The position numbers and the translations under genes were made by a program. DNA of 64,000 nucleotides from an uncultured Gemmatimonadaceae bacterium (GTDB lineage: Bacteria; Gemmatimonadota; Gemmatimonadetes; Gemmatimonadales; Gemmatimonadaceae): the NCBI GenBank assembly GCA_963790305.1, contig CAWBOC010000008.1, positions 1 through 64,000 of the forward strand, in the 5' to 3' direction. The notes beneath the pieces were generated by a model that had not been told where the DNA came from, made no database searches, and worked only from the letters and a program-made list of their open reading frames with translations. Each line of letters starts with the position of its first letter. The first letter of the stretch is position 1. Positions 10,721 to 20,432 of the stretch are shown piece after piece.

Positions 10721-12124
10721 TCCGCGTAGCAGAACGAATCAGAGGACGCGTCACCGCCCTGTAGCCGCACCTGGTGCGGCCGCAGCCCGTCCTCGAATTC
10801 GACGAAGAAGTCACGATCGAACGCGATTCCACCGGTGGGGTCCGCATCGATCTTCGTCATCCACCCGCGGATGCCGTCCGGATAGAACTGCGCGTCCCAC
10901 GGGGAGTAGAGCGAATTCGTCAGGTAGACTCGCCGGCCGTCGCGGCTGATCTCGACCATCTGCGGTCCACCATTGAGCGCGCGCTTGGCGTCCTTCGGGT
11001 GTGGAGCACGGCGTACGATTCCGCCGATCGTGAGCGTGCCGGTGAGCTTCGGCTCAAACGGATCGGTCACGTCGTACTGACGGAACTCGCCGCTGCCGAA
11101 GCAGCTCACGTACAGGAAGCGGTCGTCGAGCGAGAGATTGATGTCCGTGACCAGCGGCGGAACGGCCTTGAACCCCTGGAGCAGCGGCGGGAGCTGTGAA
11201 GGATCGGCCGGCTCGGCGGGGATCTCGATGACCTTGCGCGTCTCCCAGCGGCCGCTCGCTTCGTCGTGATACCACATCCATATCGAGCTCGACAGGTCCT
11301 TGAGGCTGAGCACCACGCCCGCGAAACCGTAGCTCCGTCTCGGATCGTGTGCTGGTCGCAGCTCCAACACCATCTGCTGCTCGGCGCCGAGCTCGAGCTT
11401 CTGCACGTGTGTGCGGCGCCGGAGATCCCAGACGTGTAGCGCGTTGCCGTACTTGCCGGCGAGGAGCAGCTCCGGGTTGACGCCGCTCGTCACCATGTTC
11501 GGCGTCCCCCACTCGCTGGTGACCATGACATCGTGACCGAGATGCCACGCGAAGTCGTACGCGAGGTACTGTGGCCCGCGGTCGCGCTCCCAGCTGCCTC
11601 GGAGCTCGAACGTCTCGTGGTCGAGCATGAAGATGCCACCAGGTCCGTCCCCGTCCGCACGGCCAAGTGCGTTCATGTAGATGCCGTCGGGACCACAGTG
11701 CACGGTATGCGGTGCGGCATATCCCGTCTTCGCGATCACCTCTTCACCCTCAATGACCTTCACGAGGCGCGGCTTGCGCGGGTCGGGCGCCGTATCGACG
11801 ACATGAATGCGCGAGCTGCCCGTTCCCGGCACGACGAGATATCGCCGTTCCATGTGCGGGTTGGGAGCGTATGCGCAGAGATGTGAGCTGCAGGCGTTCC
11901 AGCCGAAGTGGTGCAGCTCGTTGCCACCGTTCGGGAAGTCCAGCTTGCCCACGAGCCGCCCGTAGTCGGGCGATGTCGGGGTCGGTGTCAATGACACCGA
12001 GGGCGTCCTTCTTTCCGTTCTTCCCGCTCGCGAGCAGCGCGACGTACGCCAGAGTCTCGGTTGGCGCCTCGCTCGCCATTCTGGGCGATGGGTAGAACGT
12101 GGGATCGGGAAGCATGCGTGCCAT
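10717..12124 (-). CDS. Selenium-binding protein SBP56 / methanethiol oxidase family (frameshift near 11985)
   Basis: MARMLPDPTFYPSP N-terminus; ELHHFGWNACSS, PHTVHC, GGPQM, WDAQFYP, GGDASSD. Confidence 0.92.
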
Positions 12125-12289
12125 CGGTCGCGTCCTTGTGCGAAGTCGTCGGGGTGGCCGGAGAGAAATCCCGCCGGAGTACGCGACTACGATGGCTCCG
12201 TACTAGTCCGCGATGCTTGGAGACGGGGTGGAGATCGTCTGGTGCTTTTGTGGAGATTGCTGGGCGTCTCTGCCTTGGGGGAGCTCGCC

Positions 12290-12450
12290 AGGGGCGATAG
12301 GCCGGCCGAACCATAGGGTTAGCGCGTCGACGAGCCCGACTTGGGTTCGGTCTCTCTCACCCAAGCCACATATGCGTCAGGGCGAATCAACACTGTGCTG
12401 GGGGCCGTGACCGCACCGATCGCCGGAAGCTCCCACGTACCAGTGTATCT
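12290..12450 (-). pseudogene. C-terminal relic of a rifampin monooxygenase (Rox)-like FAD monooxygenase
   Basis: YTGTWELPAIGAVTAPSTVLIRPDAYVAWV, then after a frameshift TQVGLVDALTLWFGRP. Confidence 0.65.
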
Positions 12451-12686
12451 GGTGTCTCCGGCCTGAACGCGCTCACGGCATGTCGCGATCGCGATGCCAG
12501 GAGTATTACAAGGCGCTGGCGCGACGGGAGGCGGCGGCGCAGAAGAAGTGAGATTCGGCACCGGGGGCCCGGTGCTCAACGGAAGGTTACGTTTTCTGTC
12601 ATTCCATCGCTGTACGCAGGGTTTCGGTTGGGAATACTTTGATAGGTGAGGGTTACCGTGCGCCGCGGGCGAGATCGCGACCAGCG

Positions 12687-12823
12687 GCATAACTAGCTGC
12701 TGCAACTGTCAGGCACGATGTCTAAGGAAGTCACCACAGTTCGTGTGCTTGAAGTGCAACAGCAAAGCGCGCTGTCGCGCGCTTTCAAGAACACCGCGTC
12801 CAGTTGAACAGTAGGCGTTATGC
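12687..12823 (+). mobile_element. attC site (137 bp)
   Basis: GCATAAC...GTTATGC complementary cores; L boxes CTGCTGCAACTG/CAGTTGAACAG with one extra base; internal hairpin. Confidence 0.85.
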
Positions 12824-12830
12824 CGACACC

Positions 12831-13223
12831 ATGATTCGACGCGGACTGTGGATTCTTAGCGTACGCATCGCGTCGCTTGGACTAGTAGGCGCCTGCGCCT
12901 TCTTCGCGGGCCCATGGCTTGCTGCGGGCCGCCTCGAGCGGGTCGATCCCGAAGCCCAGGCCAATGCCGCGATCGCGCGGGGCGACCTCCGCATCGTCGC
13001 CATCGACGGTCAGCTCCTCTACACTCCGGGCGCGGAGAGCCTGCAAGACGACGCCGTCTCGGGATTTTGCACCATTCGCCTGGTAGGCCCGCGCGGTGAT
13101 ATCATGCTCACGCAGTCGATGTGGCGTTGGGGTGGCACCATCCATTCGTACGCTCGGGCGTACAACCGCCGCCTTCTTGTGCGAGTCCCCCAGGACAGGC
13201 TTTGCCGCCTGCCGCATAACTAG
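12831..13223 (+). CDS. Hypothetical membrane-anchored protein (gene cassette)
   Basis: ATG 7 nt after the attC core; stop immediately after the next inverse core. Confidence 0.75.
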   Translation: MIRRGLWILSVRIASLGLVGACAFFAGPWLAAGRLERVDPEAQANAAIARGDLRIVAIDGQLLYTPGAESLQDDAVSGFCTIRLVGPRGDIMLTQSMWRWGGTIHSYARAYNRRLLVRVPQDRLCRLPHN

Positions 13224-13349
13224 CTGTTGCAACTGTCACGCGCGATGCCCAAGGTATCCATCACGTGTGATCCCCTTTAAGATCAAAAGCAAAGGCGGGC
13301 CGTTGGGCCCGCCTTCTAAAGCCGCGTGCAGTTGGGCGCGGCGTTATGC
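13214..13349 (+). mobile_element. attC site (136 bp)
   Basis: GCATAACTAGCTGTTGCAACTG...CAGTTGGGCGCGGCGTTATGC. Confidence 0.85.
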
Positions 13350-13415
13350 CGGCAACACGCTTCTCGAGGTGTAGGCTATTTGTGCTATAGCGTCATTCGT
13401 CGCTGGAGACTGAGT

Positions 13416-13865
13416 ATGTCGCTATCTCGTGCGCTGCCCCTCTTGATCCTCATCCTCGCGCTTGGCTCAGGCGCTGGGTGCCGCTTGACAACCGACAACG
13501 AGATTCGGCGCGAACGTCAATTGGGGCTCATTCAGTTCTTCCATGATCCGCTCGTCATTCAGAGCCCGGAAACCGTCGCTGTGGCCAGCCCCTTCGAGGT
13601 TACAGTGCGCACGTACGGGGGTGGATGCATCGACCAAGGCGACACCGAAGTCAGCCTGGCGGGCGCCGTTGCAACTGTTCGTCCATACGATGTCTTCGTC
13701 ACGTATTTGCCGCCAAACTACGCGTGTACTGACGACCTTCGACTTTATACGCACCGTGCGCAGCTGCACTTTGATCAGACCGGGCCCGCAACCATTACGA
13801 TCCAGGGTCGTGTTCGCCCGGGCGACAGCACGATTGTCGTACAGCGTGTGGTTCACGTCCGGTGA
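13416..13865 (+). CDS. Hypothetical lipoprotein (gene cassette)
   Basis: GGAG RBS; hydrophobic signal ending GAGC; lies between attC sites. Confidence 0.8.
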   Translation: MSLSRALPLLILILALGSGAGCRLTTDNEIRRERQLGLIQFFHDPLVIQSPETVAVASPFEVTVRTYGGGCIDQGDTEVSLAGAVATVRPYDVFVTYLPPNYACTDDLRLYTHRAQLHFDQTGPATITIQGRVRPGDSTIVVQRVVHVR

Positions 13866-13899
13866 CATACCCGTCCCCCTCAGGACAGAGCGCCCTTCG

Positions 13900-14033
13900 G
13901 CATAACTAGCTGGTACAACTGGCAGGCGCGATGTCTATGGTAGCCATCGCGACTGACCCTCGAGGTGCAACGGCGAAGGCGGGCTAACGCCCGCCTTCTG
14001 ACAAGCCGCCTGCAGTTGAACGCGGCGTTAGGC
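13900..14033 (+). mobile_element. attC site (134 bp)
   Basis: GCATAACTAGCTGGTACAACTG...CAGTTGAACGCGGCGTTAGGC. Confidence 0.85.
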
Positions 14034-14060
14034 AGGCAAGCGGAGGCAAGTCATCGGACC

Positions 14061-15002
14061 ATGAAAGCGTTCTTCCTGGCACTGGGATATGCGGCGCTCA
14101 TGACGCTTATCGCCTTCGGGCCGCTGGCGGTGACTGTTTGGTTTTTCTCCTGGCGTGCCTTCGCCGCTGGTACGCTCGCCATCCTCGCGATAGTCATCTT
14201 TCTCGCGGTCGCTCTGGTTGCCGGCGGATTGGCGTGGAATCCCGGCGGCAATGGAGGGGCGGTCTTCGCAATCGGGATTGTCATCATTGCCGTGGTCATC
14301 GGGGTCGCCTTCTGGGTCGCCGGCAAGCAAACCCGGTCCTCGTCGCGAGCCGCCGCGTTACTCTTGGGGTACGTCTCCCTTGTGTGGGCTATTTGGCGAT
14401 ACGACCGCACGCGAGCTTCGTGGCATCCCGTGAGTCACCCCGAGAACCTTGCGGCATACCTTGCCGCTACCAAGCGACTGGATGCTATCAGGCGCGACGC
14501 GCGCGAGACGAGCGGAGCGAGCGCGCCAACTGCCGTCCCACCGAAACCCGTCGAGACCGCGCAACCCGTTGCGGAATCGACCCCTCGCTCCGCACGGCCG
14601 CTGGTGCTACTCGACCGGGCCGGAAAAGAGCACGTGATCGATGTCAACAACTCTACCGATATCATGTCTCTCGGTGTCCGCAGTACATCCGATCCCGACT
14701 TCAGCAAGACGTTGAGTGTCGTCAACGATCCCGACGTTCTCCTTTACACGACGAACCGAAAACGGATTTATGTGCTCTACCCGGAGCACGAGGAGTTCGT
14801 CCGCGACCCCGGCGGGGACATCATGTTTCGGAACAACAGGATGTATCTGCCCGGCGCCACGGACGTGGCATTCTACAATCGAAGTAGTGGCCGTTTCGAC
14901 GTGACACTGTATGCGTGGCTCGTAAACGTGCTGGGAATGGACCGCGAGAAGGCTCGCGCTATTTACACCAAGCACATGGGTGAGCCGGCGGCGGATCGCT
15001 AG
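14061..15002 (+). CDS. Hypothetical membrane protein with C-terminal soluble domain (gene cassette)
   Basis: Four N-terminal TM segments; follows attC; 3' half visibly more AT-rich. Confidence 0.75.
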   Translation: MKAFFLALGYAALMTLIAFGPLAVTVWFFSWRAFAAGTLAILAIVIFLAVALVAGGLAWNPGGNGGAVFAIGIVIIAVVIGVAFWVAGKQTRSSSRAAALLLGYVSLVWAIWRYDRTRASWHPVSHPENLAAYLAATKRLDAIRRDARETSGASAPTAVPPKPVETAQPVAESTPRSARPLVLLDRAGKEHVIDVNNSTDIMSLGVRSTSDPDFSKTLSVVNDPDVLLYTTNRKRIYVLYPEHEEFVRDPGGDIMFRNNRMYLPGATDVAFYNRSSGRFDVTLYAWLVNVLGMDREKARAIYTKHMGEPAADR

Positions 15003-15219
15003 CAATGCGACCGTGGCGGGATAGCCAAGAATTCGGAAGGGGGATGTCTTGTTGGCCAATGTGTTCTGGCATTGGAAGCAGGCGGAGATAGCAGCCACAG
15101 ACTACGAAAGCCGTCAGCGCGCCTTCCATGCCGCGCTCGGAGCCGCGCCTCCGTCAGGTTTTCTGGGGTCATTCAGCGTGAGCCTCTCGCACGCCCCTAC
15201 AGCGGGCGTGGCCTCAACT

Positions 15220-15275
15220 CGCTAACAAAGGCATGGAGCCGCGCGCTGAAGCGCGGCTCATGCCCAGCGTCATTC
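15220..15275 (+). mobile_element. Short attC site of a different sequence family (59-be type)
   Basis: CGCTAAC-AAAG-GCATGGAGCCGCGC-loop-GCGCGGCTCATGC-CCAGC-GTCATTC; extra G in the left L box; core mutated. Confidence 0.65.
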
Positions 15276-15299
15276 TGAACCCAGCTCTATGCGTACCCC

Positions 15300-15705
15300 A
15301 TGCGCCTCCATCGACTAGCTGGATTCCTCGTGCTCGGCGCTCTCGGCTCCTGCGGCTTCGTCACCGATGGCTGCAGCCTGCACATGGCCGTTGCCCGCCG
15401 CCCGCGCGATCGGGACCGTAACGTTGTCCGGGGGCGGACCAGCGGCAGGGGCCACCGTGGTCGCGTCCACTTGGCGAGTACCATGTGACCCGGTGCCGAG
15501 CCCGCTGTCTTACCGGAGCGAGACGACCACAGACGCTCAAGGCGCGTATCGACTCGTGTTCGGCGCTGCCGCCGAGGGACCTCAATGCGCCCGCCTCACG
15601 GCGCGACTTGGTGTACCGAGGTAAGTCGCGTCGTGACCGTAGAAGCCCGGCTGAGAGGGAAGCGGCTCCCTAGACAGCGTGCGTGTTGACCTAACGCTCC
15701 CCTGA
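15300..15705 (+). pseudogene. Frameshifted lipoprotein gene (gene cassette)
   Basis: Signal MRLHRLAGFLVLGALGSC; continues in other frames through TDAQGAYRL to LDSVRVDLTLP*. Confidence 0.55.
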
Positions 15706-15731
15706 AGCCGATACCATCAGCCACCGTGGCG

Positions 15732-15819
15732 GCATAACTAAGCTGTTGCAACGGGCAGAGGCGATGTCCGTGGTATCCAACGCGATCGAAGCCATGGCAG
15801 TCTGAACCCGGCGTTATGC
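15732..15819 (+). mobile_element. attC site (88 bp, internally deleted family member)
   Basis: GCATAACTAAGCTGTTGCAACG...CAGTCTGAACCCGGCGTTATGC. Confidence 0.75.
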
Positions 15820-15832
15820 GACAACGGAGTTC

Positions 15833-15915
15833 ATGCTGTACCTGAGGATGGCGGCTCTGCTTCTGGCCGGTCTCTTAACAGCGTGCGCGGGCCTTCGTGA
15901 CATTGAAGGCGGCGT
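15833..15915 (+). pseudogene. Truncated cassette lipoprotein (signal peptide only)
   Basis: GGAG RBS, then MLYLRMAALLLAGLLTAC; the frame turns non-coding-like afterwards. Confidence 0.4.
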
Positions 15916-16083
15916 AGCGCGGCGGGCCGGCGCGCTGCATACTGAAGCTCCCGCGGGCCGGTCCAACCGGCGCTCCCGGCGCGCTCGCGGGCGCGGCGCA
16001 TCCGCCGCCCCATGGCCGAGGCCGAGCAACCGGCTCTCGCGCCGGGGCACACCGCCCTGCTCACAGGCAGGGGGGAGGGGAGT

Positions 16084-17124
16084 ATGCGGCACCGCATCGC
16101 ATTCTCGTCCGTGCTCGTCTGTGCTCTCGCCGCGTGCGGCGATCCCCCGTCGCCCGTCGGGCCGGCCGCGAACGAGCCTTCGTTAAAACGCGGCGGGCCA
16201 CCGACGCAAGTCGCGACCACCGCCCAGCTGCTGGTGACGGGACTGGAGGAGCTCCAGGGGAGTGCCGTCGGCCCCGGCGGGGCGTTGTTTGTCACCGCGC
16301 CCCTCACCGGCAGCATCTGGCGCGTTGACCCGAATACTGGTGCCGTGACGCTGTTCGCCAGCGGGCTGCCGGCCCGTAACCCGGACCCGTTCTTCATGGG
16401 CGCCGGCGTGGCCGATGTCGCTTTCATCGGCCGCACTGCGTACGCGCTTGTCACCGGCGTCGGCCCGGATGTGGGCGAGAACGACATCGTCGGCATTTAC
16501 CGCGTGGACGGCCCGAACAGCTCCACCGTGGTCGCAGACATCGGCGCGTGGTCCATCGCCAATCCGCCGGTGCCAGACTTCTTCGTTCCCTCAGGTTTCC
16601 AGTACGCTATCGAACCCTTCCGCGGGGGCTTCGTCGTCACCGACGGACACCATAACCGGGTGCTGCGGGTCACCCTCGATGGCGAGATTACCGAGTTGAT
16701 CGCGTTCGACAACATCGTTCCGACCGGGCTGGCCATCTCGGGCAACTCGATCTACGTCGCCCAGGCCGGACCCATCCCCCACGAGCCGGAGGACGGTAGA
16801 GTCGTCGTGTTCGGACCGAGGTCGACCGCGGAGACAGTGGTCGCTGCCGGCGCGCCGCTGCTCGTCGACGTGGAGTTCGGCATCGGCCGCACGCTCTTCG
16901 CCCTCTCGCAGGGCGACTGGGACGGCCCATTCGAGGGGGCTCCGGCGCTCCCGAACACCGGCGCCCTCGTGAGGGTCAATCGCAACGGAAGCTTCACGGT
17001 CCTTACCACCGGTCTGGACCGCCCGACCTCAGTGGAAATCATCAAAAACACCGCCTACGTCGTGACGCTCGACGGCGAGATCTGGACGATCGACAACATC
17101 GCCGGGCCGCCGTTCGGACACTGA
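16084..17124 (+). CDS. ScyD/ScyE-like beta-propeller lipoprotein
   Basis: LAAC lipobox; repeated TGL..P / VPTGLA / GLDRPTSV blades. Confidence 0.75.
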   Translation: MRHRIAFSSVLVCALAACGDPPSPVGPAANEPSLKRGGPPTQVATTAQLLVTGLEELQGSAVGPGGALFVTAPLTGSIWRVDPNTGAVTLFASGLPARNPDPFFMGAGVADVAFIGRTAYALVTGVGPDVGENDIVGIYRVDGPNSSTVVADIGAWSIANPPVPDFFVPSGFQYAIEPFRGGFVVTDGHHNRVLRVTLDGEITELIAFDNIVPTGLAISGNSIYVAQAGPIPHEPEDGRVVVFGPRSTAETVVAAGAPLLVDVEFGIGRTLFALSQGDWDGPFEGAPALPNTGALVRVNRNGSFTVLTTGLDRPTSVEIIKNTAYVVTLDGEIWTIDNIAGPPFGH

Positions 17125-17273
17125 CACCGAAAGGGTGGAATGGGGCGCGAGCGCCGAGCTACCGCCGGCGTCTCGCGCCTCTCCAGCCGCGCGGTGCCTG
17201 ACGAGCGCGATCGTCAGGGGAGCCATTCGCAGTTCGTGCTTCACGTGCAAGCAACCCGCCGCAACCTCGAGCC

Positions 17274-18294
17274 ATGAGAGCAGCGCTGATCGCCGTCGCC
17301 TGTGTCGTGCCCATCGCGGCCCTTGCGCAACGGACCACCGCACCGGTCATCGACATGCACCTTCACGCCGGCCCCGCCAACGCGCAGGGCCCGCCGCCGC
17401 GGCGCATCTGCGCACCCTGGCACCGCATGGCCGTACGCGATCCTCGTACGTCCGCCGAGGAGTACGCGGCCATGCTTCGCGAGCAGCGCGGCTGCCCCGC
17501 CCCGCTCGTGTCCGCTGCCACTGATGACGAGCTGCTCCAGCAAACGCTGGCCGTGCTTCGGCGGCGAAACGTCTATGCGGTCGCCAGTGGACCGTGGGAA
17601 TGGGTGCAGCGCTGGTACGCGGCAGCTCCGGACCGGATCATTCGTGGGTTGGGCTTTCACGTCCACAATGCTCCCCTCGACTCCGTCCGCCGACTCGTGG
17701 AAAGCGGGGAGCTCGAGGTCATGGGCGAAGTAGTGAATCAGTTCGTCGGCGTGGGACCGGCCGACTCGCTGTTCGAGCCGTACCTCGCCCTGGCCGAGGC
17801 TCACGACGTTCCGGTCGGCATCCACATCGGACCAGGCCCCCAGGGCGCGATTTACCTGGGAGCGAGAGGGTATCGTGCCGCCCTCGCCCATCCGCAGCTG
17901 CTCGAGGAAGCACTCGTGAGGCACCCGAGACTACGCGTCTACGTCATGCACGCGGGCTGGCCAATGCTCGATGAGATGCTCCTCATGCTCTACACGCATC
18001 CGCAGTTGTACGTCGACATCGGGCTGATCAGCTTCGCGCTCCCACGGCCCGAGTTCTACCTGTACCTGCGGCGACTCGTGGAGGCGGGCTTCGGCGAGCG
18101 CGTCATGTTCGGGTCCGATCAGAATGGTGTGGCCGCAGGCAATCGAGCGCGCCCTCGCCGCGGTCGAATCAGCGCCCTTCCTCACCGCGCAGCAGAAGCG
18201 GGACATTCTCTACAACAACGCCGCGCGCTTTCTCCGGTTGAGCAAGGAAGAGATCGCGAAACACCATGCCGCGGGAGCCCGCGCTGCGCCGTAG
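17274..18294 (+). CDS. Amidohydrolase-2 family protein (frameshift near 18125)
   Basis: IDMHLH, VGIHIG, VMHAGW, MFGSD; second frame ends ILYNNAARFL. Confidence 0.85.
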
Positions 18295-18308
18295 GCGCGG
18301 GGATTCGT

Positions 18309-20432
18309 TCAAGGCCCCTGGACGATCACGAACCGCTCCCCGTCGGGTGACACGTCGTACATGGTGTTGGGACCGACCTGATACGACGCCCGGAACAACA
18401 CCGTTCGCTTCAAGACCGCGGGCGGTGCCGCGCGGCCGGCCTTCCCGAGCTGCACCGCCACCAACGCCCCCTCGCTCCAGTAGTACAGCTCTCGACCATC
18501 CCGTCGCCAGACGGGATGCACGCCGCCGCTCGACGAGATGGATATTCGCTGTCGAGGTCGCGGGTAGGAATCGAGGTAGACTTCCGCCCGCCCCGACTCG
18601 TCGGATGTGTACGCGACCCAGCGTCCGTCGGGCGAGACGCGCGCGGCCGTCTCGTCCGCCCGCGTCGCAGCGTACGGCCACGCCGTCGATCCGTTCGCCG
18701 GCTGGACAAGGATGTCGTGCCCGTTGTCCGCGGTTTGCTCGGTGACGAGCAGCGCGCTGTTGTCGCGCACCCAGTCGCTCGCGAACTGGGTTCCTTCGCG
18801 TGCCGCGAGCACGCTCGTCCCGCCGCCGGTGGCTTTCTGCATCAGCAGGTCCTTCCCACCCGGAGCGCTCGCCGAGTAGGCGACCGTTGCGCCGTCCGCG
18901 CTCCACTGGGGGTCGTTGCTGTCGTTCTCGTCATCGGTGAGGCGGCGGGTCGTGCCTCGGTCGAGGACCGTCACCCAGAGATCGCTCGTGTTCCGACCGG
19001 CACCGAACGCGCCATATGCCACCATGCGCCCGTCAGGCGAAAAACGCGGCGTCCATGGCCGGTTCGCCGCGATCGTGCGTTGCGTACGACCGTCGCGGTC
19101 TACCACCGAGAGCGACATGGACTCTGTTGTTGCAGGAGCCGCCTCGGCGCCGGCAGTCCACGTCGAGCTCACTGCGCCCGCCGCGGCGCCGGCGCTGGCC
19201 CAGCGCTCGAGAAATGATGAGCGAGCCAGCGCCCAGCCGCCGACGACGCCGATCGCTACCATCGCGGCGGCGGCGTACATGGCTGCGCGTGCGGAAACCA
19301 TGCGCTTCGAACCGCCCGAGTCGGGTTTCGTGCCACCCCGCCGTGGCACCGCGAGCGCATCCGCGAATGCCGCCGCGCTGGGAAACCGGTCATCGGGGTG
19401 CTTCGCCAGTGCCCGCCACACGGCGGCATCGAGGAAGGAGGGGACGTCGGAGCGCCGTGTAGACAGCGCGACCGCCGGCTCGTGAATGACGCGCATCAGC
19501 ACGGCCTGCTTCGACTCCGCCGCGAACGGCGCTTCGCCCGCGATCATCTCATACAGCACCGCTCCGAGCGCATAGACGTCGGTGCGCGCGTCGACCGCGT
19601 GCTCCCCAGCCGCCTGTTCTGGCGCCATGTATTGCGGAGTGCCGAGCGAGATGCCCGTGCGCGTTAGGCGCTCTCCGCCCGCACGCTCGAGCGCGAGGGC
19701 AATGCCGAAGTCGGCGACCAGCGCGTGTCCGCTCTGCAGCAGGACGTTCTCCGGCTTCACGTCACGATGCACGACGCCATGGTGGTGTGCGTAGTCGAGC
19801 GCATCCGCCATCTCGCAGAAGAATTGCAGAGCGGTGTCCACGGGCAGGCGTCCCTCGCGCGCGAGCCGCGAGCGCAGCGTCTCGCCCTCGACGAAAGGCA
19901 TGACGTACCACAGCAGACCGTCTACGTTCCCCGAGTCGAACAGCGGGAGGATGTGCGGGTGCTGCAGCGACGCCGTGACACGGATCTCCTCGAGGAACCG
20001 CTCTGCGCCGACCGCGGCGGCGAGCTCCTCACGCAGCACCTTGATCGCAACGCGGCGGTCGTGCCGCACGTCTCGAGCGAGGTACACGGTGGCCATCCCG
20101 CCGTGGGCGAGCTCGCACTCGATCTCGTAACGGTCCGCGAGCGCATTCACGAGTCGCGCGACGAGTGGCGACGGCGCGCTCCGTCCCTGTAGTACCTCGG
20201 CGGCGGGGCGCTCGAGGAAGTCGTCGTCAGCGCGGTCATGCGCGTCGAGTAGTGACGCGACCTCACGCCGCAGCGCTTCGTCCTCGCCGCATGCGTGCGC
20301 GACGAACGCGGCCCGTCGCTCGGGCTCGCAGAACAGCGCGCCCCGGAGGACCGCGTCCACCTCGCGCCATCGTTCGGGCGTCATCGGCGAAGACTGACCG
20401 GTCGCCTCCGCCTGCTGCGCAGGGGTGGTCAT
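18309..20432 (-). CDS. Ser/Thr protein kinase with TM helix and C-terminal TolB-like (PD40) repeats
   Basis: VAIK, HRDVKPEN, DFG, GTPQYMAPE; SPDG repeats; ATGA overlap with the ECF gene. Confidence 0.92.
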   Translation of the reverse strand: MTTPAQQAEATGQSSPMTPERWREVDAVLRGALFCEPERRAAFVAHACGEDEALRREVASLLDAHDRADDDFLERPAAEVLQGRSAPSPLVARLVNALADRYEIECELAHGGMATVYLARDVRHDRRVAIKVLREELAAAVGAERFLEEIRVTASLQHPHILPLFDSGNVDGLLWYVMPFVEGETLRSRLAREGRLPVDTALQFFCEMADALDYAHHHGVVHRDVKPENVLLQSGHALVADFGIALALERAGGERLTRTGISLGTPQYMAPEQAAGEHAVDARTDVYALGAVLYEMIAGEAPFAAESKQAVLMRVIHEPAVALSTRRSDVPSFLDAAVWRALAKHPDDRFPSAAAFADALAVPRRGGTKPDSGGSKRMVSARAAMYAAAAMVAIGVVGGWALARSSFLERWASAGAAAGAVSSTWTAGAEAAPATTESMSLSVVDRDGRTQRTIAANRPWTPRFSPDGRMVAYGAFGAGRNTSDLWVTVLDRGTTRRLTDDENDSNDPQWSADGATVAYSASAPGGKDLLMQKATGGGTSVLAAREGTQFASDWVRDNSALLVTEQTADNGHDILVQPANGSTAWPYAATRADETAARVSPDGRWVAYTSDESGRAEVYLDSYPRPRQRISISSSGGVHPVWRRDGRELYYWSEGALVAVQLGKAGRAAPPAVLKRTVLFRASYQVGPNTMYDVSPDGERFVIVQGP

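Noticed and set aside
11970..12000. Programmed frameshifting or selenocysteine recoding in the SBP56 gene
   Set aside because: No slippery heptamer or in-frame TGA; the break resembles the many other probable sequencing indels.
12687..15819. CRISPR array interpretation of the recurring GCATAACTAGCTG motif
   Set aside because: Spacing is gene-sized and irregular, units have attC ends, and no cas genes are present.
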